A stretch of 64,000 nt of DNA. Origin: a virus. Taxonomy: Duplodnaviria; Caudoviricetes. The notes beneath the pieces were generated by a model, which saw only the letters and a list, made by a program, of their open reading frames with translations, made no database searches and had not been told where the DNA came from. Made by a program: the position numbers and the translations under genes. Every line of letters starts with the position of its first letter. Within the stretch, counting starts at the first letter, position 1. The DNA is taken from positions 1-64,000 of the IMG/VR virus record IMGVR_UViG_2706795957_000001, one strand, 5' to 3'. This document shows positions 28,776 through 38,448 of the stretch, piece after piece.

Positions 28776-29381
28776 ATGAGTCGGGTAATTCTGCCCCACA
28801 CTTACCATGCGCAACTCAAGGGCTACACCTGCGGACCAAGCGCGGCGAAGGTGGTTCTATCCACCTACGGCATCTCGGTCACCGAGGCCCAGATGGAGCG
28901 CGAGTGCGGCACCACGGTCAACGGAACCGATGACGTCCGCCAGATCAACAATGTGCTGACCAAACGCACTGGCCGGCGCTACACCGCGAACTACATGCCC
29001 GCGGACCCGCCCTCCCGAGCACAGAAGGATCTGTTCTGGGAGTGCGTGCTCGAGACCATCCGGGACTCACGCCGCGGTATGCCTATCAACATCTGGGCGC
29101 CGGCCAACAACCACCCGCCCGGTTACCCCAACTATATGATCATGCACTACATCACCGGCGTTGGTGTCGACGAGGACGAACGTCTTGTCTACATCTCGGA
29201 TTCGGGCCGGTTCGGTGGCATCGAGCACTACTGGATCGGCGCAGACAGGCTCTGCACCATGATCACTCCCAAGGGCTACGGCACGCTCGCCGAGCCTGAC
29301 AAGTCCGGACCGTTCGGCTCGCTGTCTGAGGCCGAGAAGCGTGCCCTTGCAGCGAACTTCGCTCAGCTAGGACCCTGCTGA
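28776..29381 (+). CDS. Lysin A, C39-like peptidase
   Basis: Q..GYTCGPSA...HYI..VG......ISDS. Confidence 0.8.
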   Translation: MSRVILPHTYHAQLKGYTCGPSAAKVVLSTYGISVTEAQMERECGTTVNGTDDVRQINNVLTKRTGRRYTANYMPADPPSRAQKDLFWECVLETIRDSRRGMPINIWAPANNHPPGYPNYMIMHYITGVGVDEDERLVYISDSGRFGGIEHYWIGADRLCTMITPKGYGTLAEPDKSGPFGSLSEAEKRALAANFAQLGPC

Positions 29382-30328
29382 TGGACGCCAAGACCCTCTC
29401 GAAAGCCATGGGCGGATCCATGCCCATGAGCCACTACGAGGGCCTGGTCGACGAGTTCAATCAGGCGCTGGTCCTCGCAGGCTGCAACACCGTGAACCGG
29501 GTCGCCATGTTCTGCGCACAGGTTGGTCACGAGTCGCTCGGCCTGAAGTGGATGGTTGAACTCTGGGGCCCCACTTCGGATCAGGTCAGCTATGAAGGCC
29601 GTAGAGACCTCGGCAACACTCAACCCGGAGACGGCTACCGATTCCGCGGTCGTGGGCCCCTGATGCTCACCGGGCGCGGCAACTACACGCGAATGTCGAA
29701 GTGGGCCTTCGAAAAGGGTCTCGTCGACTCCGCGGACTACTACGTCCGCAATCCGGACGCAGTGGCCACCAACTTCCATAGCGCGGTCTACTACTGGACC
29801 GTCGAGCGGAACATGAACCCCTACGCCGACGCCGGTGACATCAACGGCGCAACTCGGGCAGTCAACGGCGGTCTCAACAATCTCGCCGACCGCGTCAACA
29901 GATGGAAACTCTGTCGCGATCTCGGCAACGCACTACTCCCAACCAAAGGACTCTTCATGAGCATCGACGAAAAGTCACTGTCCGCCAACGCCGCCCAGAA
30001 CGGGCCGGCATCCACCTGGGACAAGACCCCGGCACAGCTCGCCGCGGAGTACGACGCAAACAACAAGGGCCAGTGGGCTCGCACGGCCATCGAGAAGGCG
30101 GCATACGTCCTCGGCCTCCGTCGCGCCTCGATCAGCCCGTACCGCGAACACAACGGCCCCGTCGGCGACGTCGGTGACATGGTCGCCTGGACCGACGGTC
30201 GCGTTCACGCCCTCTACTACGAGCTCGGCGCCATGTTCGGTGACCCCGAGTCGGTCGACGTCATCCGCGCGCAGGCCGGGAAGGGCTCGACCCGCGCAGC
30301 CGCCCTCCTGAAGTACATCGGAGCCTGA
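29381..30328 (+). CDS. Lysin A, GH19 glycoside hydrolase
   Basis: AQVGHES, GDGYRFRGRG..MLTGR.NY, TRAVNGG.N..ADR. Confidence 0.9.
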   Translation: MDAKTLSKAMGGSMPMSHYEGLVDEFNQALVLAGCNTVNRVAMFCAQVGHESLGLKWMVELWGPTSDQVSYEGRRDLGNTQPGDGYRFRGRGPLMLTGRGNYTRMSKWAFEKGLVDSADYYVRNPDAVATNFHSAVYYWTVERNMNPYADAGDINGATRAVNGGLNNLADRVNRWKLCRDLGNALLPTKGLFMSIDEKSLSANAAQNGPASTWDKTPAQLAAEYDANNKGQWARTAIEKAAYVLGLRRASISPYREHNGPVGDVGDMVAWTDGRVHALYYELGAMFGDPESVDVIRAQAGKGSTRAAALLKYIGA

Positions 30329-30330
30329 TC

Positions 30331-30756
30331 ATGAACGTTCCCTTCGCCAATCTGTTCAAGTCCGTGAACTCCTGGGCCGACGTCCGTGCCTGGCTGTACA
30401 CGATCCTGCCCGTACTGACCGCCGCGCTGGTCTCCAACGGCGTGTTGACCGACAACCAGGGCACCCTGTGGGCCGGTCTGGTCACCGCAGTCTTGGGCCC
30501 CGGCATCGCGTTCGTCATGTCGCGCGACCTGAGTTCGTTCCGGGCGGCGTTCTACGCCCTGCTCACCGCGGCGCAGGCGCTACTCATCGGCTACGGCATC
30601 GCGACCGGCCAGGAGTTGGACTCCTGGATGCCGCTGATCTCTGCGATCCTGGGCGGTGCCGCTGGTGGCGCAGCAAACCTCAACACCCCGACCTCCTCGC
30701 CCTTCACCCAGGGCCAGCAGGGGCTCGAGGCTGAGAAGGCACCCGTAGTCAGGTGA
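30331..30756 (+). CDS. Holin
   Basis: Four hydrophobic segments after the lysins. Confidence 0.75.
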   Translation: MNVPFANLFKSVNSWADVRAWLYTILPVLTAALVSNGVLTDNQGTLWAGLVTAVLGPGIAFVMSRDLSSFRAAFYALLTAAQALLIGYGIATGQELDSWMPLISAILGGAAGGAANLNTPTSSPFTQGQQGLEAEKAPVVR

Positions 30757-31055
30757 GCGCATGGGCACCCGAGACATGGAACGACGTAGGTGTCGTTGCA
30801 TTCATGATCATTGTTCTCGGGTTCCATGCACTCAGCTTCATCCGCGGATGGCTGGTGCTGGGCCCGAGCCACAAGGAGATCGTCTCCGAGAAGGATCGGG
30901 CCCTCACCAAGGCCGATGCGCTGATCGAGAAGCTCCTGGAAACCAACGCCGTTCAGGCGCAGACGATTGCCGAGTCGAACTCGCGAGCGCAGGTAACCGA
31001 CCATGTGCTGCAGTCCATTCGGGATGTGTACGAAAGACGAATGGGTGACTCATGA
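30753..31055 (+). CDS. Membrane protein (lysis cassette)
   Basis: N-terminal TM plus coiled coil. Confidence 0.7.
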   Translation: MSAWAPETWNDVGVVAFMIIVLGFHALSFIRGWLVLGPSHKEIVSEKDRALTKADALIEKLLETNAVQAQTIAESNSRAQVTDHVLQSIRDVYERRMGDS

Positions 31056-31267
31056 GGTCCCCATTCCGTCGCGATCATCGCGAACTGGCCGTAGCGAAGC
31101 AGCAGGCCGACAAGTACGAACAGGCCGCAGAGTTGGCCAATCGCGCACTCAAAGAGGCCGAGGCGGTCCACATCGAGACACGTAAGACCAACGAGCGGAT
31201 CCGCCGCGCACACCTAGAGAAGAACGGTTTCACCGAAATGCTCCAAGCCGCATGGGGGACAGCATGA
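31052..31267 (+). CDS. Hypothetical protein (lysis cassette)
   Basis: Coupled ORF; EKNGF motif. Confidence 0.65.
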   Translation: MRSPFRRDHRELAVAKQQADKYEQAAELANRALKEAEAVHIETRKTNERIRRAHLEKNGFTEMLQAAWGTA

Positions 31268-31683
31268 GACGCATAGACCCTGTCGCAGTGGCCGTTTCGG
31301 CGTACTTCTGGATCGTCGCCATCACTCTGGCACAGTTCATGCCGACGGATTCGGTGCGCGCCTGGGGCAACATCTCGCTGGTGGTGATGGCCGTGATGGT
31401 TGTCACCTTCACGGTGTTCTACTCGATCCGATCCCCGTTCTGGAAGAACAGGATTGGCTGGATCTTCATGGCCAAGGGGCTATTCCTGTCCGCAGTACTC
31501 ATTCAGGTCTCACTGTCGGTGGTGTCATCCACTGGCGCTGGTGTGGACTACTACCCGGGCCGCGACTATGTCCGACTCTTCATCTACGCCGGCGGTGCCA
31601 TTGCATACGCAGTGATGCTCGCCGCACTGCTGCACATGCAGCGACGTGACCGCACCATCCATCGCCTCCTCAAGGATAGCTAA
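31264..31683 (+). CDS. Multi-TM membrane protein (holin-like)
   Basis: Four hydrophobic segments. Confidence 0.7.
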   Translation: MRRIDPVAVAVSAYFWIVAITLAQFMPTDSVRAWGNISLVVMAVMVVTFTVFYSIRSPFWKNRIGWIFMAKGLFLSAVLIQVSLSVVSSTGAGVDYYPGRDYVRLFIYAGGAIAYAVMLAALLHMQRRDRTIHRLLKDS

Positions 31684-32762
31684 TGCCCTCCTACAACGAC
31701 CTTTTCGGTGACCCGGTAGACGTTCTGCACCCTGCCATCCGTGTCTACGCTGTCGACGACAACGAAGACCTGCCGCTGCGCCACATCTCCATCTCGGTCA
31801 CGCCGGGGGAGGGGATCATGGAGCTTCCCCGTGGCCAGAAGGGCGAACCGGGCCAGAAGGGCGATCCGGCCACGCCGTTCCTGCACATGGGGGATCGCAG
31901 CGCATCGCACATCTCGGCCCTCCAGTTGGGCCCGGATGACGCCGGCAAGGCCTACCGCAACACCGACACCAACGACATGCACTACTGGTCGGGTTCGTAC
32001 TGGGTGGTCTTCCAGGACGCGTTCGGCGCCCAGGGCCCCGTGGGCCCTCCCGGCGCGATCACCGCGGTCTCCATCGAACATCTGGACAAAAACGATGATC
32101 CGGTAGCGAGCATCACCGGCTCCCCGGGCAACCAGGTGCTACACCTCGGCATCCCCGCAGTCCCGGGCCCCAAGGGCGACACTGGACCCTCTGCGGCCAT
32201 CGAATCCGCCGCAGACTACGACGACGCCGCGAACCCCGCGGACGGCGCCGTCCTGACGTATAATGGAACCACCGGCCTCTGGTATCCCGGGGCTGGCCCG
32301 CAGGTTCGGCACTACTCGCTCCCCAGTGGCGCGTTCTCCAATACCGGCGCTCAGCTCACCTCGAGTCACCAGCTTCTCGCCGAGCTTCCGCTGGACCCGC
32401 TGCCGTTCCCGACCGCGGTCTACATCACTGGCCATTTCATGATGAACCAGTTCAATACCTCGCAGATGGCCATCGAGGCGCGCGTGGGTGGAACTGGTGC
32501 AGCATCCGACGGCACCACGGTCGCCAAGGGCATCGCGCTTCCGGGCATCGGCGACCAGTTCATCACCCTGACACCGCATTTCAGCACGTCAGCCAGCCCC
32601 AACACCTCCACCGCCCCGGGTGGCTACGTCGGCATAATTCCGGCCAACCACACCGGGAACGCCGGCAAGATCTACGTCGTCGTCTCCCGTGTCGGCGGCA
32701 TCGGCGCGTGGGAGGTCAAGGCCTCACACGCCCAGCTGTCTGTTCTTCGCCATCCCGCCTGA
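31683..32762 (+). CDS. Minor tail protein (collagen-like)
   Basis: Gly-X-Y stretches. Confidence 0.75.
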   Translation: MPSYNDLFGDPVDVLHPAIRVYAVDDNEDLPLRHISISVTPGEGIMELPRGQKGEPGQKGDPATPFLHMGDRSASHISALQLGPDDAGKAYRNTDTNDMHYWSGSYWVVFQDAFGAQGPVGPPGAITAVSIEHLDKNDDPVASITGSPGNQVLHLGIPAVPGPKGDTGPSAAIESAADYDDAANPADGAVLTYNGTTGLWYPGAGPQVRHYSLPSGAFSNTGAQLTSSHQLLAELPLDPLPFPTAVYITGHFMMNQFNTSQMAIEARVGGTGAASDGTTVAKGIALPGIGDQFITLTPHFSTSASPNTSTAPGGYVGIIPANHTGNAGKIYVVVSRVGGIGAWEVKASHAQLSVLRHPA

Positions 32763-32789
32763 CCTATCTAGCCTCCAAGGAGACATTAG

Positions 32790-34595
32790 TTGAACGAGGA
32801 GAATAAGAACCTCGTCGCCCAGATCTTTGAGTGGCTCAACTTCAGCGACGACATCGTTGACCTCCTCGAGTTCATCGGCGACCTACAGGAGTGGGTCGAG
32901 GCTGTCCTGAAGGCCCTCGGTGGCAACTTCGGGCCACTGTCGGCCCTGGTCAACGAGCTGATGAACAATGCACCGCCGCGGTGGTCGTGGATCTCGGACC
33001 TGGCCAGCTGGAACCCGATCGGCGATCTGATCAGTGGCCTGCAGACGATGCTTAACCAGATCGGCGAGATCGTCCGCGGCGTCATCGTCACCCCGATCAA
33101 CAACATGGTGTCCAACTTCAAGGACTGGTTCCTGGGCCTGGTTGGCTGGCAAAACAACACCACGAGCAAGCATCAGCAGCTCAACAACATGGTATGGCAG
33201 GGCGCCACCACCCAGCCGGTCGAGGAGAACCTCACCGAGCAGCAGGTACGCGATGCTGTCGCAGCCCTGAAGGCGCGCTCAGAGTCCCTCAAGCGTGAGA
33301 ACGAGCTTCGATACTCGACCGCGGTTCCGCTGTGGCAGGGTCTGATTCCCGGCGGCGATGTCACGTGCGACATCAATATGGTGTCGGTACGCGACAACTG
33401 GGTCGTCCCCATCGCTGGCACATCCGGCGGACAGGGCTTCCCGTCTCACGACCACGGCCCGGGCTCCTACAACTCCAACCTCAACCTAGGCAACCTCTAC
33501 TCGGTCACCGCGAACACGGGCACCGCTCACGTGGGGCCGTTTGCCGCCTTCCGCGCACGCTCCGACGTGGGTCGCAATGTGGGCACCTTCCTCGCGCGCG
33601 CTGTTGGCTCCCTCACTGACGCGCGGCTGAGCCTGTGGACCTACGACTACGAAAAAGACCGCTGGATGTGCGTCTCCGTGTCAAACAACTGCGCCTCTCA
33701 GATTGGCGTGGACTACGGCTGGGTGGATGCCACATTCCCCGAGGAGTACACACCCTCGGTGGGCGAGCTGATGGCAGTCATGTGGACGGCTTCCGGCTCC
33801 GGGAACATGTTGGTGGCAACCTCATTTGGCTCCGGTGACGGTATCGGAAACTGGAGGATCCCCGCCTACCACAGCGTGCCCTACGGGAACCATTTGAACG
33901 TCAGCCTGACCAACGCCCCCACCCGGGGCACGGCAGTCGCGCTCGGCGTTGCAGCCGGCTGGCGAACTGGTCGAGTCCCGTTCTGTCAGATCGCACCGAA
34001 CCTCGGCCAGGTCTACACGCTGCCGCCGCAGTACTGGTTCGACGACTTCAACACCGCGAACAACGCCGCCTATACCCTGGGCGGCGGCGCGAAGATCAAG
34101 GACGGCCACTTCGCCTATCAGGGCGGTGTTGTCGCTGGAACGCACTACATCGTCTACAAGGGCCAGATGTCGACCGACGAGATGGCCATCGAAGCCAGCC
34201 TCGGTGGCCTGAACATCGTTCCCAGTCAGATTCGCATGCACACCAACACAAATGGCGCCTCTGGTGTCGCTGCACTTATCAACACCGCCGACTCGGGTTC
34301 CGCCATCCTGCACGTCGTCAACCCCACCGACCCGACGGCGATGACCGAGGTGAAGCGGGTGGGGGGACTCACTACCGGCGCGGCGCGTTGGCGTATCGAA
34401 TTCGACCCGAGCACCTCCACCTACTACATCAAACGCAACGGCACCGTCGTCCTCGACTGGGCAGACCCGACCAACACCGCCTCTCGCGGAAAGGGCAAGC
34501 GCACAGGCGGTCTCGGCTGTACGCGCGCCGCCTTCACTAACAGTCCCGCATGGGATGACCTTCTCATCTACGACATCGACCAGACCGTCGAATAG
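32790..34595 (+). CDS. Minor tail protein
   Basis: AAGGAG SD; beta-rich C-terminal domain. Confidence 0.75.
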   Translation: MNEENKNLVAQIFEWLNFSDDIVDLLEFIGDLQEWVEAVLKALGGNFGPLSALVNELMNNAPPRWSWISDLASWNPIGDLISGLQTMLNQIGEIVRGVIVTPINNMVSNFKDWFLGLVGWQNNTTSKHQQLNNMVWQGATTQPVEENLTEQQVRDAVAALKARSESLKRENELRYSTAVPLWQGLIPGGDVTCDINMVSVRDNWVVPIAGTSGGQGFPSHDHGPGSYNSNLNLGNLYSVTANTGTAHVGPFAAFRARSDVGRNVGTFLARAVGSLTDARLSLWTYDYEKDRWMCVSVSNNCASQIGVDYGWVDATFPEEYTPSVGELMAVMWTASGSGNMLVATSFGSGDGIGNWRIPAYHSVPYGNHLNVSLTNAPTRGTAVALGVAAGWRTGRVPFCQIAPNLGQVYTLPPQYWFDDFNTANNAAYTLGGGAKIKDGHFAYQGGVVAGTHYIVYKGQMSTDEMAIEASLGGLNIVPSQIRMHTNTNGASGVAALINTADSGSAILHVVNPTDPTAMTEVKRVGGLTTGAARWRIEFDPSTSTYYIKRNGTVVLDWADPTNTASRGKGKRTGGLGCTRAAFTNSPAWDDLLIYDIDQTVE

Positions 34596-34603
34596 GAAAC
34601 ACC

Positions 34604-35317
34604 ATGGCAGACATCACCTATCAGCACGTGACTGCTGAGTGGACCCACCTCATCGAAGACGGCATGGTCGACCTCGACGGCAACCCGGACGAGGTTGGCG
34701 TCACCGGCAACGTGCGCTTCATCCCCACGATCGACAAAGGTGCGCCGGCGTACCCGACGGGCGATCCGACGCGTTCGGTCACCATGTCGGAGATCCCCGG
34801 CATCGTCGCCAACGGTGTCCTCGAGGACTCCCAAGGCCGCGAAGGTGTATGGCTGGCCGCAACCATCGGTGGCCGGCCGGTCCAGTGGACGGCACAGCTG
34901 AACCTGCGTCACAACAACACGGTCATCAAGACTCGCGACATCACCTTCCTGCCACCGGAATCCGGCACCGAACTCCGACTCAATGATGTCGCTGACGAAC
35001 CCGACATCGACTGGGGCGGCAATCGTGCAACCCCAGTCGTCAACATCCACCTGCCCACCATCGGTGATTTCGTCTACACCTACACCCTGTCGACGGGGGA
35101 GTTCGACGAAAACGCCGAACTGTTCTACGTGTTCGGCGACACCAACCCTGTCCGTTGGGATTTCGACATCGACGGTGACACGGCCAACATCCGCACCGTC
35201 GGCACCGAGGTTGCCGAAGTTCCGAGCGGCGCGCGCTACTGGCTGATGTTCAAGGAAAACGCCGCTGCCCCGACGATCGAACTCCAGACCGGACGCGTCC
35301 AGAAGGTGATTCTCTGA
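34604..35317 (+). CDS. Minor tail protein
   Basis: Position; DG.PD...TG.VRFIP motif. Confidence 0.7.
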   Translation: MADITYQHVTAEWTHLIEDGMVDLDGNPDEVGVTGNVRFIPTIDKGAPAYPTGDPTRSVTMSEIPGIVANGVLEDSQGREGVWLAATIGGRPVQWTAQLNLRHNNTVIKTRDITFLPPESGTELRLNDVADEPDIDWGGNRATPVVNIHLPTIGDFVYTYTLSTGEFDENAELFYVFGDTNPVRWDFDIDGDTANIRTVGTEVAEVPSGARYWLMFKENAAAPTIELQTGRVQKVIL

Positions 35318-38300
35318 TGAAGCTCATCGGCTCCGACGGCAAGCATGTCAAGGTCCAGAACCGCCCCTCCGAGGCACTCGACTTCGCCGAACATGGCTCG
35401 GCACAGTTCATTCCGGTCGAGGGTGCCCGCGGGCCCCAAGGTGAGCGCGGGCCCCAAGGTGAGCGCGGAATCCAGGGTGAGCGCGGGCCCCAGGGCGTTC
35501 AGGGCCCGAAGGGGGACAAGGGCGACAAGGGTGACAAGGGCGATACGGGCGCGACTGGCCCAATGGCGGCAGTGACGGTCGCTACTCGCTCGGCTACTGC
35601 TTTGCCGTCAACGTACCCTACGGGGATCTCGGTGATGGAGGTTGGGGATGATAGCTCTTGGCCTGCCTCGTTCGCGACGGTCGAAACGGTCCGGTTCGGC
35701 ACGAATCGTTCATATCAGACGATTGTTGAGCGCACTACGGCTAAGTCGTGGCGGCGCACCCCCCAGGCGTCGGATGCGGGCTGGAACGGTTGGGTTGAGT
35801 GGGGCGCCAAGGGTGATACGGGCGCGACTGGCGCGACTGGCAATACGGGGCCCAAGGGCGACAAGGGAGACAAGGGAGACAAGGGCGACAAAGGCGACAA
35901 AGGCGACCAAGGGATCCAGGGGGTTCCTGGGCCCGCCATTTCCGAGGCAAAGGAAATTGAGATTGCCTTGCGCCCAGAGAGCGTGAGTGCATGGCATGAC
36001 CACCTGGCTTTCGGTAAGTTCGTCCCCTACCCCACGCTGGAGCGCAAGCGGGCGGGGGTGTTCTCGGCGTCCACGTTCACCGATGCACTTAAGGTGATTT
36101 TCGACCAGCGGGACTCTACTGCCGCCTCGTTCATGAACGAGGCGGATGACCAAGAGGCCGTGCGATTTACATGGGCGAGCTCCAACCTTGCCTACGCGGG
36201 CATCAAGTACTTCATGGTCGCATTGGCACACTCCGGGACGGCGCGAACGATCAAGTTCACGGTCGAGGACTCACCGGACGGTGCAGCATGGACCCAGCGT
36301 GGCACCTTGACGACAAGCGTTTCCGCGAAAACGGTATTCATTCCCTGCGTCCAAGGATCGGCTGGACAAACGTACTTGCGGCTCACCGCTGAGCGAATTG
36401 ACGGCGTTGGCAACGTGGTGCTTGCCGCAGTCCAAACAATGTCGGACCGAAAAGGCAATCAAGGCGGCGGTAAGGAGTATGAGCTGCCGTTTAGCTGGGA
36501 CGTGAACCGAACTGTCATCATGGATGGCATAAAGGTTGCGCGGCCCGACGCAGCCGCCGGACGGTTCCTTAGGGCAACCGGTGCCGACGGCTCGGTTGAG
36601 TGGTCGGACACGCCTGTAACCAAGCAGGGTGGCACGAACCGGGTCTACATCAACGACGGGAATGGCAATGTCTCGTCAACGGGGTTTAGCTCCGGGGCGT
36701 CCCCTAGCACGGTCATGTGGAGGGATAGCAACAACCGTGCCCGGATTGGCGACCCATCCGACACATACGACATCGTGAATCTACGAACCTTGGATGCCGC
36801 CGTTTCCGCTCGCGAGTTGGCAGCCAACAAGGGACAGGCTAACGGCTACGCATCCTTGGATGCTGGTGGCAAGGTGCCGATCACCCAGCTGCCCTCGTCG
36901 ATCATGGAGTACAAGGGCGTCTGGAACGCTTCGACGAACTCGCCAGCCCTAGCGGACGGCACCGGCGACCAGGGCGACGTCTACCGGGTTACCACCGCAG
37001 GCACCCGCAACCTCGGATCGGGCAACATCACCTTCGATGTCGGCGACTATGTGATCTACAACGGGTCTGCGTGGGAAAAGTCTGACACGACTGATGCTGT
37101 TGCGTCGGTAGCCGGCAAGACCGGAAACGTCACTCTTGCCAAGGGTGACGTCGGATTGGGCAACGTGGACAACACAAGCGACGCCAACAAGCCGATCTCG
37201 GCGGCGACGCAGACGGCACTAAACGGCAAGGCCAACCTGGCCCACAGCCATACCGCCGACGACCTCGTCAGTGGTGCCGCTGTCACCTACGCTGCGGCCA
37301 CCTCGGTCACCTCGATCCCCGGGGCCCGTACCGCGTTCATTCTGCCCGCAGTGGAAGGGCACGCGTCGGTTGTTGGCGCCAAGATCAGTGACTTGGTCAA
37401 CGCCCAAGGATCGGGAAGCTATGCCCCGAACTGGAAGTCGGCGAGCAACGGCACCTCCCGAACCGTCGCCGACGCCACCAGCAGCTTCGGACTGGATATG
37501 TGGGTTTCGGGCTCACGTTACGTCGAGTTCCAGATGGCCACCCTGCCTGGCTGCGCGGTCAAGGTGTGGGTCGACGGTATGCCGTACACCGATCTGCCGG
37601 TGAATCCTCCATGGACCGCTGGTGTAGTCAATACCGTCAAGGTTGACCTGGGGAGCGTTGGCAAGCCGCGGCGAGTCCGTGTCATGGTCGACCGCTGCGC
37701 TATCGGTGAGGTGTGGATCGAGTCCAGTGGCCACACGTGGTCGCCCGCACTCGCAGGTCCGCGCACCCTGGTGCTGGGTGACAGCTTGGCCCAGGGGACC
37801 GGGTACAACGCCGGCGGGGAGCTGGGCACCTACGTCGCCCGATTCGCCGAACACATTGGCGCCGAGGACCACTGGAACGGCGGAATCAGCGGCACCGGAC
37901 CCACGGTGGCCGCTGGCGGGTATCCCAATTACCAGGTCCGCGCAACCCAGGACGTGGTGCCCACTGGTGCTGATCTGGTCCTGGTTGGTTCGTGGTTCAA
38001 TGGCCGCGAGAACGGTGGCACCGCAAACGCAGACGCGATCACTGCGATCGTCAACACGCTCAAGGGCATGGCGTCGAATCCGGCCATCGTTGTGTTCGGC
38101 CCACCGGATCCCGCTGGCGTCAACACTGATTCCACCATGGTCGCGGTCGACACTGCTGTGCGTGGTGCCTGCGCGACCCTCAAAGTGATGTATGTCAGCC
38201 CGCTGACGGGCGACGTGTATAACGCTCGCGGTACGCGGGTCCTCAACGGCGATCCATGGATCACCACAGCCAACCGTGGCCAGCTGATCGCCGCCGACAA

Positions 38301-38448
38301 TATCCACTTCACCGACCTGGGCCACAAGGTGTTCGCGTCGCGGCTCGCCGAGGCCTACGAGTTGGCTGTCCGATCCGAGGAGACCAAGATCAAGTTCGGC
38401 GCTCTTCCTGCAATCGGCCAGCCCGGCGTCCTGTACGTGGTGCCATGA
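35317..38448 (+). CDS. Tail fiber with collagen repeats and C-terminal SGNH/GDSL esterase
   Basis: GDK/GER repeats; LGDSL...G.SGTG...N...DNIH. Confidence 0.8.
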   Translation: MKLIGSDGKHVKVQNRPSEALDFAEHGSAQFIPVEGARGPQGERGPQGERGIQGERGPQGVQGPKGDKGDKGDKGDTGATGPMAAVTVATRSATALPSTYPTGISVMEVGDDSSWPASFATVETVRFGTNRSYQTIVERTTAKSWRRTPQASDAGWNGWVEWGAKGDTGATGATGNTGPKGDKGDKGDKGDKGDKGDQGIQGVPGPAISEAKEIEIALRPESVSAWHDHLAFGKFVPYPTLERKRAGVFSASTFTDALKVIFDQRDSTAASFMNEADDQEAVRFTWASSNLAYAGIKYFMVALAHSGTARTIKFTVEDSPDGAAWTQRGTLTTSVSAKTVFIPCVQGSAGQTYLRLTAERIDGVGNVVLAAVQTMSDRKGNQGGGKEYELPFSWDVNRTVIMDGIKVARPDAAAGRFLRATGADGSVEWSDTPVTKQGGTNRVYINDGNGNVSSTGFSSGASPSTVMWRDSNNRARIGDPSDTYDIVNLRTLDAAVSARELAANKGQANGYASLDAGGKVPITQLPSSIMEYKGVWNASTNSPALADGTGDQGDVYRVTTAGTRNLGSGNITFDVGDYVIYNGSAWEKSDTTDAVASVAGKTGNVTLAKGDVGLGNVDNTSDANKPISAATQTALNGKANLAHSHTADDLVSGAAVTYAAATSVTSIPGARTAFILPAVEGHASVVGAKISDLVNAQGSGSYAPNWKSASNGTSRTVADATSSFGLDMWVSGSRYVEFQMATLPGCAVKVWVDGMPYTDLPVNPPWTAGVVNTVKVDLGSVGKPRRVRVMVDRCAIGEVWIESSGHTWSPALAGPRTLVLGDSLAQGTGYNAGGELGTYVARFAEHIGAEDHWNGGISGTGPTVAAGGYPNYQVRATQDVVPTGADLVLVGSWFNGRENGGTANADAITAIVNTLKGMASNPAIVVFGPPDPAGVNTDSTMVAVDTAVRGACATLKVMYVSPLTGDVYNARGTRVLNGDPWITTANRGQLIAADNIHFTDLGHKVFASRLAEAYELAVRSEETKIKFGALPAIGQPGVLYVVP

